Origin: Patescibacteria group bacterium
Lineage (GTDB): Bacteria > Patescibacteriota > UBA1384 > XYA2-FULL-43-10
NCBI GenBank assembly: GCA_041674405.1
Contig: JBAYVT010000001.1
Span: 150,001-182,000, forward strand
Reading direction: 5' to 3'
Length of the DNA stretch: 32,000 nt
The position numbers and the translations under genes were made by a program. Positions 9,101-18,800 of this stretch are shown in pieces. The notes under the pieces are model-generated. The model was given only the letters and a program-made list of their open reading frames with translations, was not told the origin of the DNA and did no database searches. How positions within the stretch are numbered: the first letter of the stretch is position 1; each line of letters starts with the position of its first letter.

Positions 9101-9547
9101 GACAATCGCGTGCTTATAGAACTGCATGAATATCCACTGCGTCCATTTATAATAATTGGGATCAGTAGTATTGACCTCGCGACCCCAATCGAAGGAATAG
9201 CCAAGCGATTTCATCTGCTTTTTGAAGGTCGCAATACTTAGTGTGGTAACGTCTCTTGGTTTTGTCTTGGTTTTAATTGCGTAATTCTCTGTCGGCAGAC
9301 CAAATGCGTCCCAACCCATTGGAAAAAGAACATTGTAGCCTTGCATCCTTTTCATACGCGTAAACGCATCCGAGGCGGTGTAACCCATGCAGTGTCCAAC
9401 GTGCAATCCTGATCCGGAAGGATAAGGGAACTCCATGAGGGAGTAGAACTTCGGCTTATCGGAAAAATCAATGGACTGGCCGTATTTCGCCTCTTCCCAG
9501 GCCTTCTGCCATTTAGATTCAATTTTTTCAAAATCGTATTTTGCCAT
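6110..9547 (-). CDS. leuS: Leucyl-tRNA synthetase with nucleotidyltransferase-like and NUDIX domain insertions
   Basis: [20 protein letters not shown] (HIGH), [14 protein letters not shown], editing motif [62 protein letters not shown]. The track start at 9553 is a TTG; the ATG at 9547 ([10 protein letters not shown]) is the more likely start. Confidence 0.97.
   Translation of the reverse strand: [1145 protein letters not shown]
6981..7020. repeat. In-frame 7-bp tandem repeat (CTTGATT) within leuS
   Basis: CTTGATT-CATAATT-CTTGATT-CTTGATT-CTTGATT-CATT. Encodes the low-complexity peptide [12 protein letters not shown] in the LeuRS catalytic region. Confidence 0.85.
7454..7861 (-). other. NUDIX hydrolase domain inserted in the LeuRS editing region
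   Basis: [51 protein letters not shown] matches the Gx5Ex7REUxEExGU signature exactly. It lies between the [24 protein letters not shown] and [14 protein letters not shown] segments of LeuRS. Confidence 0.94.
8273..8791 (-). other. Nucleotidyltransferase-like domain inserted in LeuRS CP1
   Basis: [32 protein letters not shown]...[14 protein letters not shown]...[37 protein letters not shown]. A GT...DVDLGV NTase signature lies between [12 protein letters not shown] and [14 protein letters not shown]. Confidence 0.8.
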
Positions 9548-9596
9548 AATCAAAATTTAGCACGATCAATCTAATTAATCAACGCTGATAGTATAT

Positions 9597-10337
9597 CTAT
9601 GGTAGGCGACAAAAAAGTACTTCTTGTTGGTAATCTTTCGTTTCTGCAATTATTTTTCCCTCCGTTGAAAATAAGTAACCACCTCCCGGAAAATCATCAT
9701 CCATATTTCGTCCAGACTGAGTCGCGACAGCAATATTGATTTTATTTTCTCTGGCATAATTTCCAATTTTTGTAATGCAATTATTTTTCCACCACAAATA
9801 GCCCTTCTCCCAGTTACGATTTTCTCGATCGCCATACAAATCAGGAGATGCGCACTCAAACACTACTTTGCAACCCTTGGTTGCATATTCTTTATATAAT
9901 TCTGGCAAATCAATATCAGCACAAATTGTAATGCCGAACCTTACTCCACCCAAATCAAAAATTGGTGATTCAACTCCAGAAGAAAAAATCTTCTCCTCTC
10001 CGCTTTGGACATTATGCTTACGGTAAACACCTACGATTTTCCCATTTTGAGCAAAAATTTGGGTAATGTGATATCCGGAATTGTCTTTTTCTCCTATTCC
10101 AAACAAAATTGCAATATCCTTGCTTGCTCCAACAACTTTCTTTACAGGTTTGCTCTCTAATTCCAGACATGTATCGATATAATTATTTTCTGTAAAATAA
10201 CCCGTTAGACTCATTTCCGGGAACACGGCTACATCCGCCTTTGCTTTTGCTGCAAAAGAAATATAATCGGACATTCTCTCCGAATTAATTTTGATTTCAC
10301 CCTTTGCTGAGGGCATTTGAACCAAAGCTATTTTCAT
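9597..10337 (-). CDS. Carbon-nitrogen hydrolase (nitrilase superfamily)
   Basis: Putative Glu-Lys-Cys triad motifs: AVFPEMSLTGYF, GVYRKHNV, GITICADIDLPELY. Confidence 0.9.
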   Translation of the reverse strand: MKIALVQMPSAKGEIKINSERMSDYISFAAKAKADVAVFPEMSLTGYFTENNYIDTCLELESKPVKKVVGASKDIAILFGIGEKDNSGYHITQIFAQNGKIVGVYRKHNVQSGEEKIFSSGVESPIFDLGGVRFGITICADIDLPELYKEYATKGCKVVFECASPDLYGDRENRNWEKGYLWWKNNCITKIGNYARENKINIAVATQSGRNMDDDFPGGGYLFSTEGKIIAETKDYQQEVLFCRLP

Positions 10338-10768
10338 TGTTTATTCGTTAAATATTTAACAAGTTTTTCTTTTGCAAATGTTGGATAAAGATTTGGGGTT
10401 TTTGAAATGTCGTCGAAATCCATCCAGTGAATATAGTATTGATTATTTGAATCAGTCAACATTTTTCGCGGTTCGTTGAGTTTCGGTTTTCCGCTGAATT
10501 TATCAATCAAGAAAAAGTAGCTGGTTCTACCAATATCATTTCCATTCTTTTCAACATATCCCTCAAACAAAAGTTTTCCAGTTTCAGCATCAATACCGAG
10601 TTCTTCTTTCAATTCGCGCTTCGCTGTTTGCTCGAGACTTTCTCCTTCCTCGACTCCACCGCCGGGAAAGCTAAAATATTCTTCTCCATCCTTGATCCTA
10701 CGAAACAGGAGAATTTTATTATCTTTCAATATAATCCCGCACGCTCTTTGGGTTATCCTAAAATTCAT
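10334..10768 (-). CDS. NUDIX hydrolase
   Basis: FPGGGVEEGESLEQTAKRELKEELGI, a canonical NUDIX box. Confidence 0.93.
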   Translation of the reverse strand: MNFRITQRACGIILKDNKILLFRRIKDGEEYFSFPGGGVEEGESLEQTAKRELKEELGIDAETGKLLFEGYVEKNGNDIGRTSYFFLIDKFSGKPKLNEPRKMLTDSNNQYYIHWMDFDDISKTPNLYPTFAKEKLVKYLTNKQ

Positions 10769-10853
10769 AAACGTCTGTTTAATATTTAGTTGAACAATGA
10801 TATTTTATCATGCACATTAGCTGCATGACTAATAATTTTCTAGTTAATTCTTG

Positions 10854-10921
10854 ATATTAGAAATCTTATCGAAATCCATCCAATGGATATAGTGCTAGTT
10901 GTTAGAATCACTCAGCATTTT
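10854..10921 (-). pseudogene. Decayed C-terminal fragment of a NUDIX gene, duplicate of part of 10334-10768
   Basis: - strand reads KMLSDSNN*HYIHWMDFDKISNI, against KMLTDSNNQYYIHWMDFDDISKTPN in the intact neighbouring gene. Confidence 0.85.
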
Positions 10922-11682
10922 CCCAGAATTACAAAATATTGAGGAGAATTATTTTCGAAAATTTTAAGTATTTTCCAACCCGTCGGGCGAATTAGTTGCT
11001 CTAATTCACTCGGTGACAGATAGAGATATTCAAACCAGGGACCCGTGATGTCATCATATCGTACTCTCAATTTTACCTCTCCGGAAAGTTTGCCCTTTTT
11101 TAGGTTACAATTAAAATATGATCGATAGGCTGGATCATAAATCTTGTCCGGATTTGAACTCTCGGCAATAATAATAGCATTGTCACTTCCAGCACCATGG
11201 AGTCGTCTAAGAATTTCAGGGGCTTTTATTTGATTTTGCAATAGGCCCAAGTTATTACCCATTAACAAAAAGGTGTCATACTTCAAATCTAACGAATCAT
11301 TTATGTTCTCAATTTGACCGATTAATGATTTCTTTATACCTTGCATCTTGCACACCCTGATAGCGAGCGGAGAAGGGTCCATAGCTGTGACGTCTAATCC
11401 TTTTTCTTGTAAGTACAGGGCGTGTCTACCTGGTCCACACCCAATATCTAAAATCTTACCTTTGGCAAAGCCAACTGCAATAATCTCATTTTTGCTCCAT
11501 TGTTCTGATTTTATAAAATAAAAATTTCCCGCAGATACTTCCGTTAAGCCATCATCTCTTTCGATTAGGAGAACATTGTCTTTGCCATTAAAACAATCCC
11601 AAATCTGTCTCCCAAAGGCATCATTATTTCTTTTTGCCTTCATGTTTAAAAACCAGTAATATATTTGTAGCATACACTTCAA
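10912..11682 (-). CDS. SAM-dependent methyltransferase (class I)
   Basis: GKILDIGCGPGRHALYLQEKGLDVTAMDPSPLAIRVC (motif I plus following acidic residue). Confidence 0.88.
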   Translation of the reverse strand: MKCMLQIYYWFLNMKAKRNNDAFGRQIWDCFNGKDNVLLIERDDGLTEVSAGNFYFIKSEQWSKNEIIAVGFAKGKILDIGCGPGRHALYLQEKGLDVTAMDPSPLAIRVCKMQGIKKSLIGQIENINDSLDLKYDTFLLMGNNLGLLQNQIKAPEILRRLHGAGSDNAIIIAESSNPDKIYDPAYRSYFNCNLKKGKLSGEVKLRVRYDDITGPWFEYLYLSPSELEQLIRPTGWKILKIFENNSPQYFVILGKC

Positions 11683-11828
11683 TATTAACTATAATTTGAG
11701 CAAAAACACAATTGATGATTCTCTAAATCATGAAGGAATCCTGATGGCTCAGCATATTAGTTGCATAACTATCCTTAAATAAAAACAGTTTGCAAGAGTA
11801 TCAACTCATCAAATTGTGGAAGGAAATA

Positions 11829-12848
11829 ATGGTAGAAGGAAAATTTTATTTTTCACATGAACATGAGCAGCATACAGGCTTTACAGACAGTGAAGGAAAT
11901 GATTGGGATGTACCTGGGCGGCTGGAGAAAATTGTCTCATGGATTGCCAGAAGGTATGGAGAAAATTATTTAAATGTTCTGCAAGAAATAAACGAGTCTG
12001 ATTTTATTGATATAATTCGGCGGGTTCACGAAGCCGAAATGATAGAGGAACTGAAACAAACTAGCCTAAGAGCAAAGGATGGCGAAGCCCTAATTACGTC
12101 ATTTGACTCAGATAAGGAAACGAGCGTTACTCCTGTTTCGAGACATACATATAAAAGCGCACTTGCTGCGGTAAAATGCTCTCTTTCAGCAGCCGAAATG
12201 TTGAAAAGCTCTCGGTCAAACCTTGCTGTCGCCTTATCACGCCCTCCAGGACATCACGCTGGGAAAAATTATTATCATGGTTTTTGTTACATGAACAATA
12301 TTGCTGTCGCAGCCGAATCTTTAAAAGAGGATGGAGAAAGAGTAGCAATTCTGGATATTGACGCTCATCATGGCGACGGAACTCAACAAATCTTCCAAGA
12401 TGACTCAAGCGTATTTTACTCTTCGCTTCACGCTGATCCAAATCTGGTGCTTCCGCATACCGGAAAGTCTGACGAGATCGGTAATGACGGAAGTATTTTG
12501 AATCTCCCTTATTCAATTGGTATCTCGACAGAAGAATATTTGACCTTGCTGAATTTTTCGCTTAAACATATCCAAATGTTTGACCCGCAATATCTGTTAA
12601 TATCGGCTGGATTTGATACCCACAAACGCGAATTTGAATCGATGGGCTTGCCACCAGTTACGCAGCTTGATTCACCCGACTACGAGGAGATAGGGCGGAT
12701 GATTGGATCATTGTCTTTGCCAACTGGGGTGGTTCTTGAAGGGGGTTACAACCAAACTGCGTTGAGCGAAGCTTTGATGAATTTTACTATTGGCCTGGAG
12801 AACAGCTTAAAAACCAAGCCATGCTTTGACTTTTTTGCTCTAAAGTGA
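11829..12848 (+). CDS. Histone deacetylase / acetylpolyamine amidohydrolase family protein
   Basis: SRPPGHHAGKNYYHGFCYMNNIAVAAE, VAILDIDAHHGDGTQQIF, LISAGFDTHKRE, VVLEGGYN. ATG at 11829 has SD GGAAGG just upstream; the track opens at 11790. Confidence 0.93.
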   Translation: MVEGKFYFSHEHEQHTGFTDSEGNDWDVPGRLEKIVSWIARRYGENYLNVLQEINESDFIDIIRRVHEAEMIEELKQTSLRAKDGEALITSFDSDKETSVTPVSRHTYKSALAAVKCSLSAAEMLKSSRSNLAVALSRPPGHHAGKNYYHGFCYMNNIAVAAESLKEDGERVAILDIDAHHGDGTQQIFQDDSSVFYSSLHADPNLVLPHTGKSDEIGNDGSILNLPYSIGISTEEYLTLLNFSLKHIQMFDPQYLLISAGFDTHKREFESMGLPPVTQLDSPDYEEIGRMIGSLSLPTGVVLEGGYNQTALSEALMNFTIGLENSLKTKPCFDFFALK

Positions 12849-12861
12849 GTATTATTTTGCT

Positions 12862-15800
12862 ATGTATAATGTTAAGCTACTACATGATTTTTTTGTGTTT
12901 CAGTCTCAAAAAAATCCCAATCAAATTGCCGTCGTTGATTTCAAAAAATCCTATACCTATAAAGAAATCGAAACAAGCGCTAATCGCCTTGCTTTTGAAT
13001 TGACCAGTCACTCCCCTGCGCTTCAACAGGATAAAATCGGATTTTTTACAGATCGTTCGGTTGATTCGATAATTATTATGCTTGGCATATTAAAATCAGG
13101 CCATGCTTTTGTTCCTATCGATCCCAACCTACCAGCAAAGCGCATCGAATATATTTGCGATAAAGCCACGATTAAAACTATCGTTTCAGGAAACACAGAA
13201 TATTATTCAAGCAAAAAACAAACAATTATTCACCTTCGGTCGATCATAACCGTCAAAGATTTCAAGTATAAAGAAATAAAAATTCCAGACGATAGAATTG
13301 CATATTGTCTATTTACATCAGGATCAACGGGGAGACCTAAGGGGGCGCTGATCAAACACTCCGGTATTGTACAATCTATTAAAAACTTTAAAAAGGCATA
13401 TCATTTTGATAAAAACAGCAAGGTACTTCAATTTGCTAGCCTATCGTATGATGCGTCCCTATCAGAGATTTTCCCAACTTTTGCTGCCGGTGGAACTATT
13501 TATATTCCGCCCAGAGAAGTGATTTTAGATATTGATAAGTTATCATCATACATTATCGAGTCAGGTATAACAGCAGCAATATTTCCGCCTACTGTTATCG
13601 GGCACCTTAACAAAGATTCTCTTTCTTCACTCTCAACTTTAGTGTCCGCAGGCGAAGAATGCCCTGCTGATTTAGCAAATAGAATGTATGAATTGGTTCC
13701 ACATTTTATTAACGCATACGGACCCACAGAAGCTTCAGTAGGAGTTACCACCTTTGAACTAGACCGGAAAATAAAAAATGCAGTTCCTATTGGCAAAGCT
13801 TTACCTGGATACAAGATTTATATATTAAACAAGGTTGGTCAAAGAGTCTCTATTGGCCAAATTGGCGAACTCTGTATAGGCGGCGTTGGAGTTTTTGCCG
13901 GTTATATCGGGGATAGCGCAAAAACTCACGAAGTTTTAATCCCTAATCCTTTTGGCGTCGGTTATCTGTATAAGACCGGCGATCTTGTAAAACAAGATGC
14001 GAATGGGCAAATTTATTATGTTGGAAGGAATGACTTTCAAATAAAATTACATAGCATTAGGATGAGCCCGGAAGAAATCGAAAGAGAAATTAAGAAGCTG
14101 CCAAAAATCAATGAATGCGTGGTTGTTGATGGATGTCTTGAAAGTAACAAGGAACACAAATTGGTCTGTTATTTTACTGCCTCAGAAGATTTAAATTTAA
14201 CAGTAACACGAGATATCCTTCGTTCCAAGTTGCAACCACATATGATTCCCCAGGTTTTCATCCATATTCCTTCAATGCCTCTGACCCCAAGCGGAAAAAT
14301 CGACCGACATGCACTTCAAATAAAACCCGTCAGAATAAAAACTGAGACAGATACTCTTAACGACAGCGTAATTTCTGACTCTCCAATAGCACGCATATGG
14401 AAAGATATTTTGGGCACGAACTCCGTGTCTCTTGAAGACAACTTTTTTGAATTAGGCGGATCATCTATCTCCGCCATGCGGATCGTCTCGAAGATTAATA
14501 AAAATACAGACTTTCATGCAAACATAAATTTAATTTTTGAATATCCTGTTTTTAATGATTTCGTTCGCGCCCTAGAAAAAGAAGCTTCAGAGACAGAAAA
14601 AGAACATGATAAGACATTTGCAGACCAAAAGTTAACAGACCCAGAAAAGTTATTTTGGGCCGCCAACTATACTTCCAAGAAACCGGAAGCATATACACTA
14701 ACTGAAGTGTTTGAACTTAATGGACAAATAAATACAAACAGACTTCAAAGAAGTTTCGAGTTTCTAATTAGTCAATTTCCTAAATTACGCACCAATTTCA
14801 GATTTAGGTTCGATAAAATTGAAAAAGTGATTAAAAATGAAAAATCATATCCGTTCTGTCTCCGTGATTATTCAAATCTGGATATCTCCAGAGCAAGAAA
14901 AAAGGCCAGGCAAACCCAGGAACATATTGCCAACATTCCCATGGATCTGGAAAAAGACTGGCTCTTTGTAGCCTATTATTTGAAATTGTCTGAAGTAGAA
15001 GGACTGCTGATCTTCCATGCCCATCACATTGTTATGGACGCCAGAGCAATGGAAATTATATCTAAAAAATTTTGGGATTATTATGAACACCATCAAGATT
15101 ACAAGTTGGTGGAAAATATTAATTCTATGCATTCACAACCTACAGATGATGAAAAAACCTTTTGGAAAGAATATTTGTCCCGAGCAGATGATAATTTGAC
15201 TTCATTGCCATATGACAATCCCAAGAATGAAACAACAGAAAACAATGGAAAGACTATTATACATCCATTACCTTTGCGATTGGCCCGAGAAGGATCCAAA
15301 ACTGCTACGGCTCTAGGCATTACCCCTTTCTCTCTTTTTCGAAATATTTTTTCCTTACTCCTTCATCGTCTTTCAAATCAGGTTAATTTAACTGTTGGCA
15401 CGGCTGTCAGCCTGCGAGATGACAACAGTGAAAATGATATTGGTGTTTTCTTAAATACATTACCTATCCGGTCAACTTTGCGGAGCGGAGAACCAATAGA
15501 AAAATATCTAGTAAGACAAAATAAGGAATTTATACATTGCTTTAAACACAGGAACCTTTCACTACCTCATATTCTCAAACTAATTCAGAATGACTGCAAA
15601 AAAGACTCTCAGCCCCTATTTAATGTAATGTTTGATTATATTGCTGAAGAAGGCACTTCTAAGGTAATCGGTTTGCAAGTAAAACGTCAAAGGGCCTTTC
15701 CGGCAACTGCACTTTTTGATCTTACCCTCACGGTCAAAGAATTAAATTGCGGTTTTGAATTGCTGTGGGAATATAACACCAATCTATTTAACGAGAAAAC

Positions 15801-18800
15801 TCTTCGAAAATTTATGAATTGGTATGAAAATATCTTTCATAACTCAATCAATGATCTAAAACAAAATGCTTCTAAGATCGATTTTTTAACACAAAAAGAA
15901 AAACAGTTACTAGAAGATTTCAATTCTACTGATATAACGATTCCCAATTCTTGTTTTATCCAAGAATTTGAAAAGAATATCAGTAAATTTTCTGATAAGA
16001 TTGCGGCTACCAGTGGTGACAAAACCATAGATTACAAAACTCTCAATCAAAAAGCAAATATTTTAGCAAGGAAGCTCCTGGAACATAAAATCGGCATTAA
16101 TGATAAAATTGGCGTTTTAATGCCCAGAGGCATTGATCTGATCATCTCAATTCTTGCGATATGGAAAGTACGAGCCGTTTATGTTCCTCTTGAACCGGAT
16201 TTTCCAGATGATAGGATCCGGCAAATGTCAATGCAAGCAAATCTTTCATGTATAATTTCCAAAAATGAATATAGCAGAGAGAGGGTGATCACTGAGGTGC
16301 CTTTTTTGCATTTTGATAGCGTGCAAAAAAAGAAGGAAGCAGATATGGAAAATTTAAATATCCGCGGATCGATGAATGATCTTGTATATGTTATTTTTAC
16401 CTCTGGATCGACAGGCAAACCCAAGGGGGTGATGATAGAACAGTTGGGGATGGTTAATCATTGCAATGAAATGATTAAATTTTTTCACCTTAAAGAAAAT
16501 ACCATTATGGCACAAACAGCCTCTCATTGTTTTGATATCTCTATATGGCAATTAGTTGCCCCTTTGCTAATTGGAGGCAAAATTATAATCTACTCGAAAG
16601 ATCATCAGCTGAATCTAAAGGCACTCTTTGAGTCAATTATTGAAGATAAAATCACGATCGCTGAACTTGTTCCTTCGTATCTATTTGCTCTACTTGAACA
16701 TATCAATCATCATGTCAATAACAATAGGCTTAATGATCTTTGCCACATGCTGACAACCGGCGAGGCTGCTTCTAATAAACTTGTTGAGAGTTGGTACGCT
16801 ATTTATCCTGAAATCCCCCTTACCAATGCCTATGGGCCAGCGGAAGCATCTGATGACACCAATCTGTACACTTTGACAAAACAAGAAGCCATTCCCAATA
16901 CGCCTATTCCCGTTGGTAAACCAATAGGAAATGTCAAGATTTACATTCTTGACTCATTTTTAAATAGGTGCCCTATCGGCATAAAAGGTGAAATTTATAT
17001 CTCTGGAATTGCAGTCGGAAAAGGGTATATAAATGATCATGAAAAGACTAAGGCAGCATTTCTCACCAACCCTTTCTCTGGCAACAAAGAACGGATGTAT
17101 AAAACAGGAGACATTGGAAGCTGGAATAGCGATGGAACTATCAACTTTTATGGTCGCACTGATTTTCAAGTAAAAATCAGAGGATATAGAATAGAGCTTG
17201 AAGAGATCGAGAACCAAATTGAAGATATCCCTTATGTCAGTCAGGCTGTAATTATTGTAAAAAACTTTGGTAACTCGAAGCAGTTATATGCATTCATTAC
17301 TGGTCAGGGGCAGATCGAAGAGAATCCCATACGAAGTTCGCTTCAAGCCAAACTTCCGGCCTACATGATTCCCCAAAGAATAATTCAGTTGAATGAAATA
17401 CCGCTAAATCATAATGGCAAGGCAGACCGAAAGTTATTATCTAAAATTGATATTGCTAATCACCAAGAGAAGCTTGATAAAGTTTTGTCTGAGAAACAAC
17501 AAATTTTGCTTGAGACCTGGAAATCAATATTTAAAGATAACGAAATTACCATAAATGACAATTTTTTTGACCTCGGAGGAGACTCAATTTCCAGCATACA
17601 GATAATCTCAAGATTGTTATCTCAGGGCTACGAGCTAGATATTGAAAATTTTTTTGCACACCCGACAATATGCCAACTCGCCTCTTTTGTGATTAAAAAA
17701 CAATACATTGGATCGATCCCCATTTCGGAAAAACCATTCTTTCTCACTCCAATTCAAAAATCTTTTCTAGAAAAGTCGCTCGGTAATCCAAATTGGTATA
17801 ACCAGTGTGTAGTAATTGAAGGCAAGAAATGGAATACAGAGAAATTAAAAGAATCGCTTTTACACACACTTAAAGCGCATCCGGCATTTTCATTACGTTT
17901 TAATAATTTCGAACAGCAATATATAAAGTCTGTTGATTTTTCCAAATACATCTTTGAGTACTCGGCTGATGAACTTAACGATGAGCAGATTCTTTCAAAC
18001 ATGAATAAGATGATTAATATTAAAGAGGGTCCGATTATCGTGGCTACAATTTCAGATAAAGGAAACTCGGAATTTAAATTATTTATAGTGGCTCATCATT
18101 TGATAATAGACGCTTTTTCATGGAGCATATTCATAGACGATCTAGAAAAAAACTATCATAACGCCCTACTAGAAAATAATCATAACCAGAAAAGTCTCGG
18201 CTCAAATTTGCATGAATGGGCTACATACCTAGAAAAAAGATCTTTTAAGAAGATTGTTTCAAGCAGATTGCCATATTGGGAAAAAATTCTAAAAGACAAT
18301 AAGATACCGATTTCATCTTCAATTCCGCAAAAAAACAACGGAAATCATCGAATAATTTCCTTAGGAGCAAATGCAAATTTTTCAAAAAAAATTGCTGACT
18401 TCATAGCAAACAATAGCTCACTAAAGCTAGAACATTTAGTTATATCAATTTTAACACGAGCTCTCTGTAAATGGCTCGCATCTGACGAAATTGCCGTTAT
18501 GCTTGAACGGCATGGGCGCAGCCATGTTCCTAATAATTTCAATATTAGTCGAACAATTGGCTGGTTTACAGTCATTCATCCTTTTCTGGTTAAATTAAAT
18601 ATGGACGGAAATATAGCCCAAGCACATGCAATCGCTAAAGATCTTGAGAATTTGAAAGATGATGGAATTAGTTATGGCCTTCTGAAATATAGGGGCAGCA
18701 TGAATAATCCGCTCAAAAAAATTCCAGAACCTGATATTGCGATAAACTTTCTTGGGGAGATGTGTAGGGCGAATTCAAACGGTTATTTTTCCAATTACAA

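Noticed and set aside
10780-10815. CATGCA...TGCATG short inverted repeat near the NUDIX relic as a mobile element end
   Set aside because: Arms are only 6 bp and no transposase or target-site duplication is visible.
13500-18575. Many small - strand ORFs opposite the NRPS genes
   Set aside because: Shadow ORFs with no recognisable motifs or SD context, covered by unambiguous NRPS domains.
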